A stretch of 64,000 nucleotides of DNA, taken from an uncultured virus (IMG/VR IMGVR_UViG_3300044644_001243). Taxonomy: Duplodnaviria; Heunggongvirae; Uroviricota; Caudoviricetes. This document shows positions 51,340 through 60,695 of this stretch, in pieces. The notes below the pieces were generated by a model. The model saw only the letters and a list, made by a program, of their open reading frames with translations, was not told the origin of the DNA and made no database searches. The translations under genes and the position numbers were made by a program. The stretch is from positions 1-64,000 of IMG/VR virus record IMGVR_UViG_3300044644_001243. One strand, written 5' to 3'. Every line of letters starts with the position of its first letter. The stretch's first letter is position 1.

Positions 51340-51964
51340 TAGTCACTCTGCTGTTTTCAGTGGTAAAGAAGAAATGCAACCAATATGGCCACAAAGGTCT
51401 GATGACATAACTCCATTTTTTAAAAGTTACAGAATTGGGCCAGCAACCGCTTACCAACTTGAAAATAAAATGCCAGTAATTGATGAAATAATTAATTATA
51501 ATGTTAATATTGATAATGATTATGTTTTATTTTGTTTTGGTGAAGTTGATATTAGAGCTCATTTAATTAAACAAATGGAATCGCAAACTAAAACTGTTAA
51601 TGAAATAGTTAAAGAATGCGTTGATAGATATTTTAGTGTTTTATTAAGATATAAAGAAGCTGGTCTTAAAGTTATCGCATGGGGTCCAATTGCGTCATGG
51701 CATGAGTCAAAACAATATACTGGCGGACCTTCATTTGGTACTTGTTTAGAAAGAAACTTAGTTACTGAAGAATTTAACAGATACTTAGAAGAATTGTGTA
51801 ACCAAAATGGTATTGAATTTGTAACAATATTTTATAAAATGATAGGTGAAAATAAAATAACTAAACCAGAATATTTGGATAATTGGGAAGGTTCACATAT
51901 GCATTTGAGCCAAACATCAATGCCGCTTATTTTAGAATCATTTTCAGAAAAGAATTTAATATGA
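51320..51964 (+). CDS. SGNH/GDSL-fold hydrolase or acyltransferase
   Basis: IGDSH (block I), FGEVD.R, C-terminal HMHL. Confidence 0.75.
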   Translation: MIHCIGDSHSAVFSGKEEMQPIWPQRSDDITPFFKSYRIGPATAYQLENKMPVIDEIINYNVNIDNDYVLFCFGEVDIRAHLIKQMESQTKTVNEIVKECVDRYFSVLLRYKEAGLKVIAWGPIASWHESKQYTGGPSFGTCLERNLVTEEFNRYLEELCNQNGIEFVTIFYKMIGENKITKPEYLDNWEGSHMHLSQTSMPLILESFSEKNLI

Positions 51965-52404
51965 AGTTAATATCACATAGAGGTAACATAAATGGAAAAA
52001 TGGAGAGTTGGGAGAACGAACCAACTTACATTGACTTAGCAATATCCAAAGGTTATGATGTTGAAGTTGATGTTTGGTACAAAGACAATATTTTCTGGTT
52101 AGGTCATGATGAACCACAATATGGTGTTGATTTTAGATGGTTTCGAGATAGGATTTCAAAATTATGGATTCACTGTAAAAACATAGAAGCGATGACCTAT
52201 TTCAATGCTAATTTTGAATTCTTTCCTTTTAATTATTTTTGGCATGAAAATGATACCGTTACATTAACAAGCCTTAATTACATATGGGCTTTTCCAAATA
52301 AACAACCAATAAGAAATAGCATTGCTGTTATGCCAGAGCTACATAATGAAGATGTTTCTTCAGCTATTGGTGTTTGTAGTGATGTTGTTGAAAATTATAA
52401 ATAA
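51961..52404 (+). CDS. short glycerophosphodiester-phosphodiesterase (PLC-like) protein
   Basis: LISHRGN, EN, GYDVEVDVW, LGHD, WIHCKN, GVCSD; ATG at 51961. Confidence 0.8.
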   Translation: MKLISHRGNINGKMESWENEPTYIDLAISKGYDVEVDVWYKDNIFWLGHDEPQYGVDFRWFRDRISKLWIHCKNIEAMTYFNANFEFFPFNYFWHENDTVTLTSLNYIWAFPNKQPIRNSIAVMPELHNEDVSSAIGVCSDVVENYK

Positions 52405-52467
52405 GATTGACAAAGTTAAAATTTTTAACTAATATTAAATTAGAAGATATTTATAATAAAGTTATAT

Positions 52468-53361
52468 ATGAACAAAAAACCTATTGCAACAAAAACTACT
52501 AGAACTACTAGAACTACTAGCACTAGAGCTAAAAAAATTACAACAGAAGACGAAAGTTTTACCAAAGGACCAACGGTTTTATTATCTCAAATTAAAATTG
52601 ATATAAAACACAAAAATGAGACGCAAAAGAAGTTAACCAATTCAATTAAGACCAATGACGTGACTTTTTGTACTGGTCCAGCTGGCACTGGTAAAACACT
52701 TTTAAGTGTTGCCGAAGCATTATTGTTACTTAAAAACAATCCAGAAATTTATCGTGAAATTAAATTAGTTAAGTCTGTTGAACAATTAAAAGGTGAAGAT
52801 TTGGGTACGCTGCCTGGTGATGAAAAAGACAAACTTAAATTCATTATGATGTCTTACTTTGATGCTTTTTATAAATTGATTGGTGAAGAACTTACTAACA
52901 AATTAATGGAAGCTGGGTACATCAAAATGGAAGTGTTTGGTTCTATTCGTGGTAGGTCTTTTTCTAACTGTATTATTATCATTGATGAATACCAAAACGT
53001 TAGACATAAAAACTCTAAAACATTCTTAACACGTTTTTCTGAAAATACTAAAGTAGTTGCTTTGGGTGATACTGGACAAATAGATTTAAAAGATGAAAGC
53101 GATAGTGCGTTAGAAGCGTTAATTGAAGACGTTAAAAACAATCCAGAAGAAGGTGTTGGTGTCGTTGAATTTAATGCTGATGAAGTTGTTAGACATAGGT
53201 TGACTTCTTATTTCATCAAGTTATATGACAATAGAAAAAAAAGACTGTTAGATGAAAAATCCAGACAAACACAAATAGTAAAACCAGAGTCACCAAAATC
53301 TCAGATTATTAAAGAAAAAAGTATTTTTGGTAAAGTTTTATCATTTTTTACAAAAAAATAA
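52468..53361 (+). CDS. phoH: PhoH-family ATPase
   Basis: GPAGTGKT, LG.LPG, IRGRSF, IIDEYQN, LTR, GD.GQ.D, VVRH. Confidence 0.93.
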   Translation: MNKKPIATKTTRTTRTTSTRAKKITTEDESFTKGPTVLLSQIKIDIKHKNETQKKLTNSIKTNDVTFCTGPAGTGKTLLSVAEALLLLKNNPEIYREIKLVKSVEQLKGEDLGTLPGDEKDKLKFIMMSYFDAFYKLIGEELTNKLMEAGYIKMEVFGSIRGRSFSNCIIIIDEYQNVRHKNSKTFLTRFSENTKVVALGDTGQIDLKDESDSALEALIEDVKNNPEEGVGVVEFNADEVVRHRLTSYFIKLYDNRKKRLLDEKSRQTQIVKPESPKSQIIKEKSIFGKVLSFFTKK

Positions 53362-53405
53362 ATTTTTAACTTTACTTATCACCACCTATCAATTAAATTG
53401 GTAGC

Positions 53406-54011
53406 ATGAAGATAGGTATTACTATAAACGAGGTATTGCGAGATTTTATCGGTCAATTTGCTTATACATATAATAAGTATATTGAAGAAATTGACATCAC
53501 AAATGATGATGTTACCAGTTTCAATTTAATTGAACATTTTAAGTTTGATGACATCAATAAACTTAATAGGTTTCTATATTTAGAAGCACCTCTAGAAATT
53601 TTTGGTCATGCTGACCAGATGTCAGATGGTTTAATGAATCATTTCAATAATTTCTTAACAGATATTGAAGATGAAGGAGAACATGAAATTATCTTAATAA
53701 GCAGAGAAGTGGAAAAAAGCATTCCTTCAACTTTCTTCTTTTTATCAAAAACTGGCTGCCGAATTAAAAACATAAAATTTGTTCTAAACTACGATGAAAA
53801 ATGGGACGATGTAGATGTTTTAATCACAGCTAATCCTAAAACATTAGAATTAAAACCAAGCGGTAAAATAAGTATCAAAGTTAAATCTTCTTATAACAAA
53901 GACGTTGTGTCTGATTATGAGATTGATTCAATATTGGACTTTATTAATAATGAAGAATTAAGAAATAGAATCTTAAATACTAAAATAACAAATTACGAAG
54001 AAATTGATTAA
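53406..54011 (+). CDS. 5'(3')-deoxyribonucleotidase-like HAD-fold protein lacking catalytic aspartates
   Basis: MKIGITINEVLRDF corresponds to the IGIDIDGVL.DF start of NT5C-like HADs; later DVLITAN where DD is expected. Confidence 0.55.
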   Translation: MKIGITINEVLRDFIGQFAYTYNKYIEEIDITNDDVTSFNLIEHFKFDDINKLNRFLYLEAPLEIFGHADQMSDGLMNHFNNFLTDIEDEGEHEIILISREVEKSIPSTFFFLSKTGCRIKNIKFVLNYDEKWDDVDVLITANPKTLELKPSGKISIKVKSSYNKDVVSDYEIDSILDFINNEELRNRILNTKITNYEEID

Positions 54012-54012
54012 C

Positions 54013-54372
54013 ATGATTGAATTTGGCGGTAACATATACTACATCGATGTTGATGCTTTAGAAAGCACAATTAAATCTATCGGAACTAAATCTGGTAAAA
54101 AAATTATTGAAAAAGAAACTAAAACTTATCTTGATGAAAATGGTAAAGTTTTAAGTTCTGAAATAACAGAAGTTGAAAGAGAAAGACCAAGAGAAATTGA
54201 CGCAACTAAATACGATATTTTAAGAGTTATGATTGAAATATTAATGGACGCAACCGAAGATACTGACGATGATTCATTAGGTGCTGAAAGAGCTCTAGAT
54301 AAAACTTCATTAGGATATAAAATAGCTTTTAATACATTATATAATTACGGTATTTTAAAAGAAAAAGAATAA
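54013..54372 (+). CDS. hypothetical protein
   Basis: ATG at 54013 just after the previous stop; ends AFNTL..YGIL. Confidence 0.7.
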   Translation: MIEFGGNIYYIDVDALESTIKSIGTKSGKKIIEKETKTYLDENGKVLSSEITEVERERPREIDATKYDILRVMIEILMDATEDTDDDSLGAERALDKTSLGYKIAFNTLYNYGILKEKE

Positions 54373-54393
54373 CCAAATAATAACACTAAAAAT

Positions 54394-55545
54394 ATGGAAC
54401 AAAAAAAACAAATTGAAGAACAAATAAGCCAAATAGCTTTGGCTTTAAATAACTTTGAAACTAAAAACTTTAGAGTTTATTTCTTTGTGCTAGACACAAA
54501 AGGTAACCCAACCGCTGGTATCGCTAACATTTACGAACACGTTAAAATTTTAAATGATTTAGGATACAGTGCATGTGTGTTACATGAAAAAAATGATTAT
54601 AAATTAAGAGGTGACCAAGAAGGTAATGGTGTCGCTGATTGGTTAGGTGAAGAATATGCTGCTTTACCTCACGCTTCAATTGAAGGGCAAGAGTTAAACA
54701 TATCACCTTCTGATTTTGTGGTTATACCAGAAATTTTTTCTAACATTATGGACCAACTTAAAGGGTTTCCATGTAAAAAAATAGTTATATCACAAAGTTA
54801 TGATTATTTATTAGAATTGTTACAAATTGGTAAAAGATGGAACGTTGATTACGGATTTAACGATGTAATTACTACATCTGAAAAACAAGCGGATTATGTT
54901 AAATCATTATTCCCTTCAATTCAAACACATGTTGTACCAGTATCTATTTCTGATTATTTTACAGATAGTGATAAACCTAAAATCCCAGTTGTTTCTATTT
55001 TAACTAGAAACCATGGTGAAGCTGCTAAAATAGCTAAATCATTCTACTTACAATACCCACTTTACAAATGGATTACATTTAAAGAATTAAGAGGGTTACC
55101 TAAAAAACAATTTGCTGCTGAATTATCTAAATCTTGTTTAGCTGTTTGGATTGATGACCAATCTGGATTTGGTACTTTCCCATTGGAAGCAATTGAGTCA
55201 AACACACCAGTAATTGGTAAAATACCTAACATGGTTCCAGAATGGATGGAAACAACAAATGAGAGTGGTGTTAAAGTAATTAAAAATAATGGTGTTTGGA
55301 CTAACACAACTTTAAACATTCCAGAACTAATCGCTAACTATTTAAAAGTTTGGTTTGAAGATTCATTACCACAAGAATTATTAAATGGTATGGCTGAATC
55401 TAAAGGTCAATACACTAGTGAAAAACAAATCGCTGCTGCATCTGAAGTTTATACTAAACTTTTTGAAAGTAGAAAAGCAGAATTAGGTATTGTTTTAGAA
55501 AAATTAACTGAATCTTTAAGCGAGGTTGAACCAACTAACGCATAA
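54394..55545 (+). CDS. GT-B (GT4-like) glycosyltransferase
   Basis: G...IYEHV..L...GY, D.VVIPE, GFGTFPLEA....PVIG. Confidence 0.75.
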   Translation: MEQKKQIEEQISQIALALNNFETKNFRVYFFVLDTKGNPTAGIANIYEHVKILNDLGYSACVLHEKNDYKLRGDQEGNGVADWLGEEYAALPHASIEGQELNISPSDFVVIPEIFSNIMDQLKGFPCKKIVISQSYDYLLELLQIGKRWNVDYGFNDVITTSEKQADYVKSLFPSIQTHVVPVSISDYFTDSDKPKIPVVSILTRNHGEAAKIAKSFYLQYPLYKWITFKELRGLPKKQFAAELSKSCLAVWIDDQSGFGTFPLEAIESNTPVIGKIPNMVPEWMETTNESGVKVIKNNGVWTNTTLNIPELIANYLKVWFEDSLPQELLNGMAESKGQYTSEKQIAAASEVYTKLFESRKAELGIVLEKLTESLSEVEPTNA

Positions 55546-55566
55546 TAAAATATTAAATTAAAAAAT

Positions 55567-56361
55567 ATGGAAAAAAATAATATAAGTGTAATTTTACCAG
55601 TGCACGCTTTAAATGAAGTGACTAAACCTTTATTAGATAACGCAATTAAAAGTGTCTTAACTCAAAATGTTAGACCAGAAACTTTAATAATTGTAGCACC
55701 TAAAAATAGTGATGTAGTAAAACATATTAAAACTCTAGATTTTGGTGATTATAGCAATTCTGTTGTTATTGCTGAAAATGATGGACAAACTGATTTCGCA
55801 TCTCAAATAAATTATGGTGTGTCAGTATGTAAAACAGAATGGTTCTCAATCTTAGAACTTGATGATGAATATTCTAATATTTGGTTTAAAAATGTTGTTG
55901 AATATCAAAAAGCACATACTAACGTAGATATCTTTATGCCTATCGTTATTGACGTTAATGAAAATAATGAGTTTATTGGTTTTACAAACGAAGCAGTATG
56001 GGCTCAAAGTTTTTCTGATGAATTAGGAATCCTAGATAACAATGCTCTATTAGCTTACCAAAACTTTAATGTTGATGGGTTTGTAATGAAAAAATCAATG
56101 TATGATGAGTTCGGAGGATTTAAACCAAGTATTAAATTAACCTTCATTACTGAATTCTTATTAAGAATGACATTTAAAGACGCTAGAGTTATGGTTATCC
56201 CTAGATTTGGATACAAACATATTAACCAAAGAAAAGACTCATTATTTGCATCTTACAGAGAAACTATTGACCCAGTTGAGGCAAGATGGTGGTTAGCAAC
56301 TGCTAAAAAAGAATATTATTTCGCTAAAGATAGAAATATAACGTATGATTCACAAAATTAA
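55567..56361 (+). CDS. GT2 glycosyltransferase
   Basis: ISVILPVH, AIKSVL.Q, N.GV, W.SILE.DD. Confidence 0.8.
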   Translation: MEKNNISVILPVHALNEVTKPLLDNAIKSVLTQNVRPETLIIVAPKNSDVVKHIKTLDFGDYSNSVVIAENDGQTDFASQINYGVSVCKTEWFSILELDDEYSNIWFKNVVEYQKAHTNVDIFMPIVIDVNENNEFIGFTNEAVWAQSFSDELGILDNNALLAYQNFNVDGFVMKKSMYDEFGGFKPSIKLTFITEFLLRMTFKDARVMVIPRFGYKHINQRKDSLFASYRETIDPVEARWWLATAKKEYYFAKDRNITYDSQN

Positions 56362-56364
56362 AAA

Positions 56365-57090
56365 ATGGTTACAAAACGAGGACGAAAAAGAACAAACGAA
56401 ATGTACTTTGGTCCAGAAGAAGAAGAAGCAGTAATCAAATTTTTAGAATCAACAGACGAAACAGAAAGGAATCTAATTTTTAACGAGTGGCTTAAAGGGC
56501 CACTCGATAAAATGATAGAGTCGATAATTAGAAAGTACAAGTTGTATAGAAAGGGTGAGACATTTGAAGAGTTGCATAGCGACACTTTATCTTTCCTAAT
56601 GACAAAAGTACACAAATTTGAAAGTGGTAGAGGCAAAAAAGCTTATTCATATTTTGGAACAATTAGTAAACACTATATTTTAGGGTTACTAATCAAAGAT
56701 GAAAAATATATTAGACAAACAACATCTTACGAAGAATTAAACGATAGCATCGAAGAAAGGGAAGATTTGACATACGTTATCGATAGAGATAGTGTTGAAA
56801 TGGGTGACTTCATTAAAAAATTAGTCGGTGAAATTAAAACAGAATTAGAAAGCGAAAATAACCATAAGAAAAAATTAAATGAAAATGAAATTAAAATTGG
56901 TTATGCGTTAATAGATATTTTAGAAAATTGGGAATTAGTCTTCTCTTCAATGGAAGGAGGGTCTAAATATAATAAGAATTCTTTCTTAGAAACTATGAGG
57001 AATTACACCAATTTATCAACTAAAGATATTAGGATTGGAATGAAACGTTATAAACTACTTTATGAAGTTTTAAAAAACTATGGTTTATAG
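56365..57090 (+). CDS. phage sigma factor (region 2-like; probable late sigma analogous to T4 gp55)
   Basis: ERN.IF...L..P..KM.E.II, EEL..D....L..K..KF....G.KAYSYFGTI.K.Y resembles sigma region 2. Confidence 0.7.
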   Translation: MVTKRGRKRTNEMYFGPEEEEAVIKFLESTDETERNLIFNEWLKGPLDKMIESIIRKYKLYRKGETFEELHSDTLSFLMTKVHKFESGRGKKAYSYFGTISKHYILGLLIKDEKYIRQTTSYEELNDSIEEREDLTYVIDRDSVEMGDFIKKLVGEIKTELESENNHKKKLNENEIKIGYALIDILENWELVFSSMEGGSKYNKNSFLETMRNYTNLSTKDIRIGMKRYKLLYEVLKNYGL

Positions 57091-57164
57091 ATGTTTACAT
57101 TATTTTTTTTAATATATTAGGTATTTATATATATAGATAACAAACATTTTAAAACTAAAATAAA

Positions 57165-57557
57165 ATGCCTAGAAAAAAGAAACAAGACGTAAAAGTTAAC
57201 GATACAGAATCATTAGAAGGTTTAATGCAAGAAACTTATAATGACGCATGTTTACAAATAAATGACGCTCAAAAAACTATCAATGAATTAGCAGCTAGTG
57301 CTTCTCCAGTAGACGTTGATGATTTAACTAAAATAGCAAAAGAAAAAGGTAGTTTACTAAAAGTAAAAGACTCAGCAATCAGAATTAAATTAGAAATCGC
57401 TAAATTACAAAGTGATATAATTAAAAATCGTGGTGACGTTGAATCAACTATTAATGAACGAAGCCAAGGCAGTGCATCATTAAATGATTATAAATCAATT
57501 AGAGAAATGATTAAAAATGGTGGGTTGAACGAAAATAACGACAATGAATTATTTTAA
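57165..57557 (+). CDS. hypothetical coiled-coil protein
   Basis: 130-aa ORF downstream of a GTATTTAT promoter variant. Confidence 0.65.
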   Translation: MPRKKKQDVKVNDTESLEGLMQETYNDACLQINDAQKTINELAASASPVDVDDLTKIAKEKGSLLKVKDSAIRIKLEIAKLQSDIIKNRGDVESTINERSQGSASLNDYKSIREMIKNGGLNENNDNELF

Positions 57558-57560
57558 TGT

Positions 57561-58982
57561 ATGGCATTACTTGACCAAAAAAAGAAAGTTTTCGGATATA
57601 TTGCATCAGCTAGGGTTTTAACAGAGCAAATGCCAATTATGAAATTAATAAACTCTTTACCATCATTAAACAATGGTAAAGACCCTATTGTCTTTTTAAC
57701 CGATTTAATAAAATCATTAATTGGTTACGAAGCGTTAAGAGACTCTGTTGTTGATATCCTAACTTACTCATTCGATGAGATAGAACTTAAAGTTAAAACA
57801 GCTTTAAAAAGAGAATTAATAACACTAGTTAGTTGTGGTGTTAATCCAAGCATTCCAAGTTTTTTAAAATCAACTGGTGCTGGTATTAACATTGAAGTTA
57901 AAAAAGCAGATTTCTTAGATATGTTTAAAGTAGATGCTAATTCAAAAGTTGGTATCTTATTATATGATGATATCACATCACCATTAACAAATTCTTCAGA
58001 TTTTAACACTTTTTTATATGGTGTTACTCAAAATGATGGTATAACACAATCATGGAAAGGTATATTAGATATTACTTTTAATTCTTTAGGTAACGTTAAT
58101 AGACCAAATAATACATTTACTATTAGAGTTAACCAAAGTTATGACAATAAAACATTAACTGATTTAAATAATGATTTTATTGATTCACTCACATTATTCA
58201 ATGCACAAAAAGTAGTTAATAACATTATGGATGTTATTTTCGGTTCAATATCTGTAACCATTTCAAAAACAAAAAAACAATTAGACCAAGAAGGTAAAAT
58301 AAATAATATTGTTGATAAACTAATAAATGATGATGGTTGTGATGATGAAATAGATGATAGTTATTTCACTTTTGATAATCAACAAATAGCGACAATAGAA
58401 AGAGATTCAGCAAGAAGACAAAGTGGTATGATTAAAGTAAAAACATCAACAGAATCAATTTCCACTGTTGGTTCAGATACGTTAATCACTTTTAATGAGG
58501 AAATGAACAACGCTGCATCGTTTGTTGATAAAAAACAAACATTAACAGCTAACATAGATAAAATGAGTGATGAAAGTGCTAAAAACGTACCAAATCAAAG
58601 TGATAAAATTTCTGTTAAATTAGATTTCATACAAAAATTAATTAGTAGCTTGACAAAAGCAATTGTTAGTGTTATATTATCACCTAAAATACTAATGATA
58701 TTTCTTATTAACTTTAAAATAATTTATACTTTAAGTGGTGAATACAAAGACCCAGTTGAATTTATTAAAAAGAATAAAAGGTTAATTAAAGAAATGATTA
58801 AAACAGTTTCAGATATTGTGGTAGAAAAATTATTAGCAATAGGGATGAAAGAAATGACAAAATTAGCAAATAGTGTTGTTGCTAAAAAAGCTGTTGAAAA
58901 AAGTAAAAATAAGTTAGCACAGTTGTTGAGCTTAACTGGAGTTCCACAAGACGCTATCAGAATTATTAAAGGATTATCATAA
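57561..58982 (+). CDS. hypothetical (probable baseplate-region) structural protein
   Basis: 473-aa ORF in an operon with the spike gene. Confidence 0.6.
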   Translation: MALLDQKKKVFGYIASARVLTEQMPIMKLINSLPSLNNGKDPIVFLTDLIKSLIGYEALRDSVVDILTYSFDEIELKVKTALKRELITLVSCGVNPSIPSFLKSTGAGINIEVKKADFLDMFKVDANSKVGILLYDDITSPLTNSSDFNTFLYGVTQNDGITQSWKGILDITFNSLGNVNRPNNTFTIRVNQSYDNKTLTDLNNDFIDSLTLFNAQKVVNNIMDVIFGSISVTISKTKKQLDQEGKINNIVDKLINDDGCDDEIDDSYFTFDNQQIATIERDSARRQSGMIKVKTSTESISTVGSDTLITFNEEMNNAASFVDKKQTLTANIDKMSDESAKNVPNQSDKISVKLDFIQKLISSLTKAIVSVILSPKILMIFLINFKIIYTLSGEYKDPVEFIKKNKRLIKEMIKTVSDIVVEKLLAIGMKEMTKLANSVVAKKAVEKSKNKLAQLLSLTGVPQDAIRIIKGLS

Positions 58983-59440
58983 TGGCAAAAACATCTTGTA
59001 AACCAAATACACCAAATGCCCCTAACGCAAGTACTAATTTTTCATTACGAAATTTAAGTGGGATTATAAATCTTCTTCTAAGTGTTTTTAAAATACCAGA
59101 AAAACCAGCAATACCATTACCACCACCATTGATAATGTTAGGTGCTTCATTACGACCAGGTTTGTCAGCAAAATCAATTGCTTCTAGAATTATAGCAAGA
59201 CAATCAGAAGCTGGTAGAGTAACTGGTGATGTTTTTAGTAACAGTCCAAACACTGAAGAAATAATGGAATTAATAAGAGCAGAAGAAATGGTAAACGCCT
59301 TACAAACAGAAGCTGTAGTTCAAGTTGCTTTGCCGCCTGGTATTCCAGTAACTACTGTTGCTATTGGTAACCTAGGTATTCCAACTGTTGGACAAGGTGC
59401 TACTACTGGTATGGCCATGGGTAATGGTATAATGACTTAA
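58982..59440 (+). CDS. hypothetical baseplate-region protein
   Basis: RPGLSA..IASRII, PPG.PV; coupled ORF. Confidence 0.6.
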   Translation: MAKTSCKPNTPNAPNASTNFSLRNLSGIINLLLSVFKIPEKPAIPLPPPLIMLGASLRPGLSAKSIASRIIARQSEAGRVTGDVFSNSPNTEEIMELIRAEEMVNALQTEAVVQVALPPGIPVTTVAIGNLGIPTVGQGATTGMAMGNGIMT

Positions 59441-59452
59441 AAAAGTTTTAAT

Positions 59453-59647
59453 ATGAGTGAAGAAAATAAAAATAAAGATTTAGATGATAAAACAAACAAT
59501 GAAATTTTGTTTGAAGTTAAACAAATGGAAGCTGATTACGAGTCTTTGAAATTAAAGATGTTAAAAGATTTTGATGAATTAGTTGAGATTGAAAATCGTT
59601 TTAATTATGCAAATGTTTTATTATTAAAAAGATTAAAAAAAGATTAG
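59453..59647 (+). CDS. hypothetical protein
   Basis: 64-aa helical ORF within the operon. Confidence 0.6.
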   Translation: MSEENKNKDLDDKTNNEILFEVKQMEADYESLKLKMLKDFDELVEIENRFNYANVLLLKRLKKD

Positions 59648-59648
59648 A

Positions 59649-60665
59649 ATGTATTTTATAGGTAAATTTAATGTCACAGATAAAAACATATTTCAAAAGA
59701 ATATTTTTAAGATAGCTCAAATTGCTATCGTTAAAGGAATTTATGATGAATATGGTTTTGGGAGAATACAAGTAGATATACCAGCAACACCATCTGTTGG
59801 TGGTACTGGAGTTAAACTAGACGCTAAAGGTAACAGAATATGGACAACAGCTATTCCATTATTACCAAAACATTTATCAGTTATTCCTAAAGTAGATGAA
59901 GCAGTGCTTGTTTTCACATTTGAAGGTGCAATGACCCAAGATGTTTATTATATAGGACCAATAATTTCATCATTAGATAAATTAAGAAAAGATGAAGGGT
60001 CCATATCTGCTAGACGAATGTTTTCATATGGGACGGGTAAGATAGACCCACCAGTTACTAGTATAAAAACAAACAATAACATTATACCAAGTTTAAAAGG
60101 TGTTTTTGCTGACCCAGAAGATGTCACTATTCAAGGTAGATACAACACAGATATCATACAAAAAGAAAACGAAATATTAATAAGAGCTGGTAAATTTGTG
60201 AGTTCAAAAAAAGGTGAAAACAATAATCCTTATGATTTTAAATTTAATTTGGCAACACAAGGGTTCATACAAATAAAAAATAATTTTAATTTTTCAAAAG
60301 ATAAAAAAATGACCACGTTAGGTACAGTCACTAATATTGTGTCAAATAAAATAAATTTATTAACATACGGTGGCAGCCCAAATGTCATTTTAAATCAAGA
60401 TGATTTATTGTCTAAAGACCAAATAAATAATTTAATGAGTGATGACCGTAATATAGCTGCACACCCAATACCATTTGGTGATATTTTATTAGACATGTTA
60501 AAACTGTTAAAAAGCGGTATTGTTTCACACGTACACAGTACTCATGGTAAAAAAGCCGAAGACATACAAGCGGAAGGTAACCAAGTAGGTGTTATGGAAA
60601 CATTTGAACAAGAATTTGGTAAACTAGAAAAAATATTGTTATCTAAAAACATTCGTATTAATTAA
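59649..60665 (+). CDS. baseplate central spike, gp5/gpV-like
   Basis: OB-fold V...D....GRI.V.IP...PLLP......PK..E.V.V...YIGP; C-terminal G..L...L....HVH tip motif. Confidence 0.7.
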   Translation: MYFIGKFNVTDKNIFQKNIFKIAQIAIVKGIYDEYGFGRIQVDIPATPSVGGTGVKLDAKGNRIWTTAIPLLPKHLSVIPKVDEAVLVFTFEGAMTQDVYYIGPIISSLDKLRKDEGSISARRMFSYGTGKIDPPVTSIKTNNNIIPSLKGVFADPEDVTIQGRYNTDIIQKENEILIRAGKFVSSKKGENNNPYDFKFNLATQGFIQIKNNFNFSKDKKMTTLGTVTNIVSNKINLLTYGGSPNVILNQDDLLSKDQINNLMSDDRNIAAHPIPFGDILLDMLKLLKSGIVSHVHSTHGKKAEDIQAEGNQVGVMETFEQEFGKLEKILLSKNIRIN

Positions 60666-60695
60666 TATTTTAAGATATTTATTAATAAAAAACAA

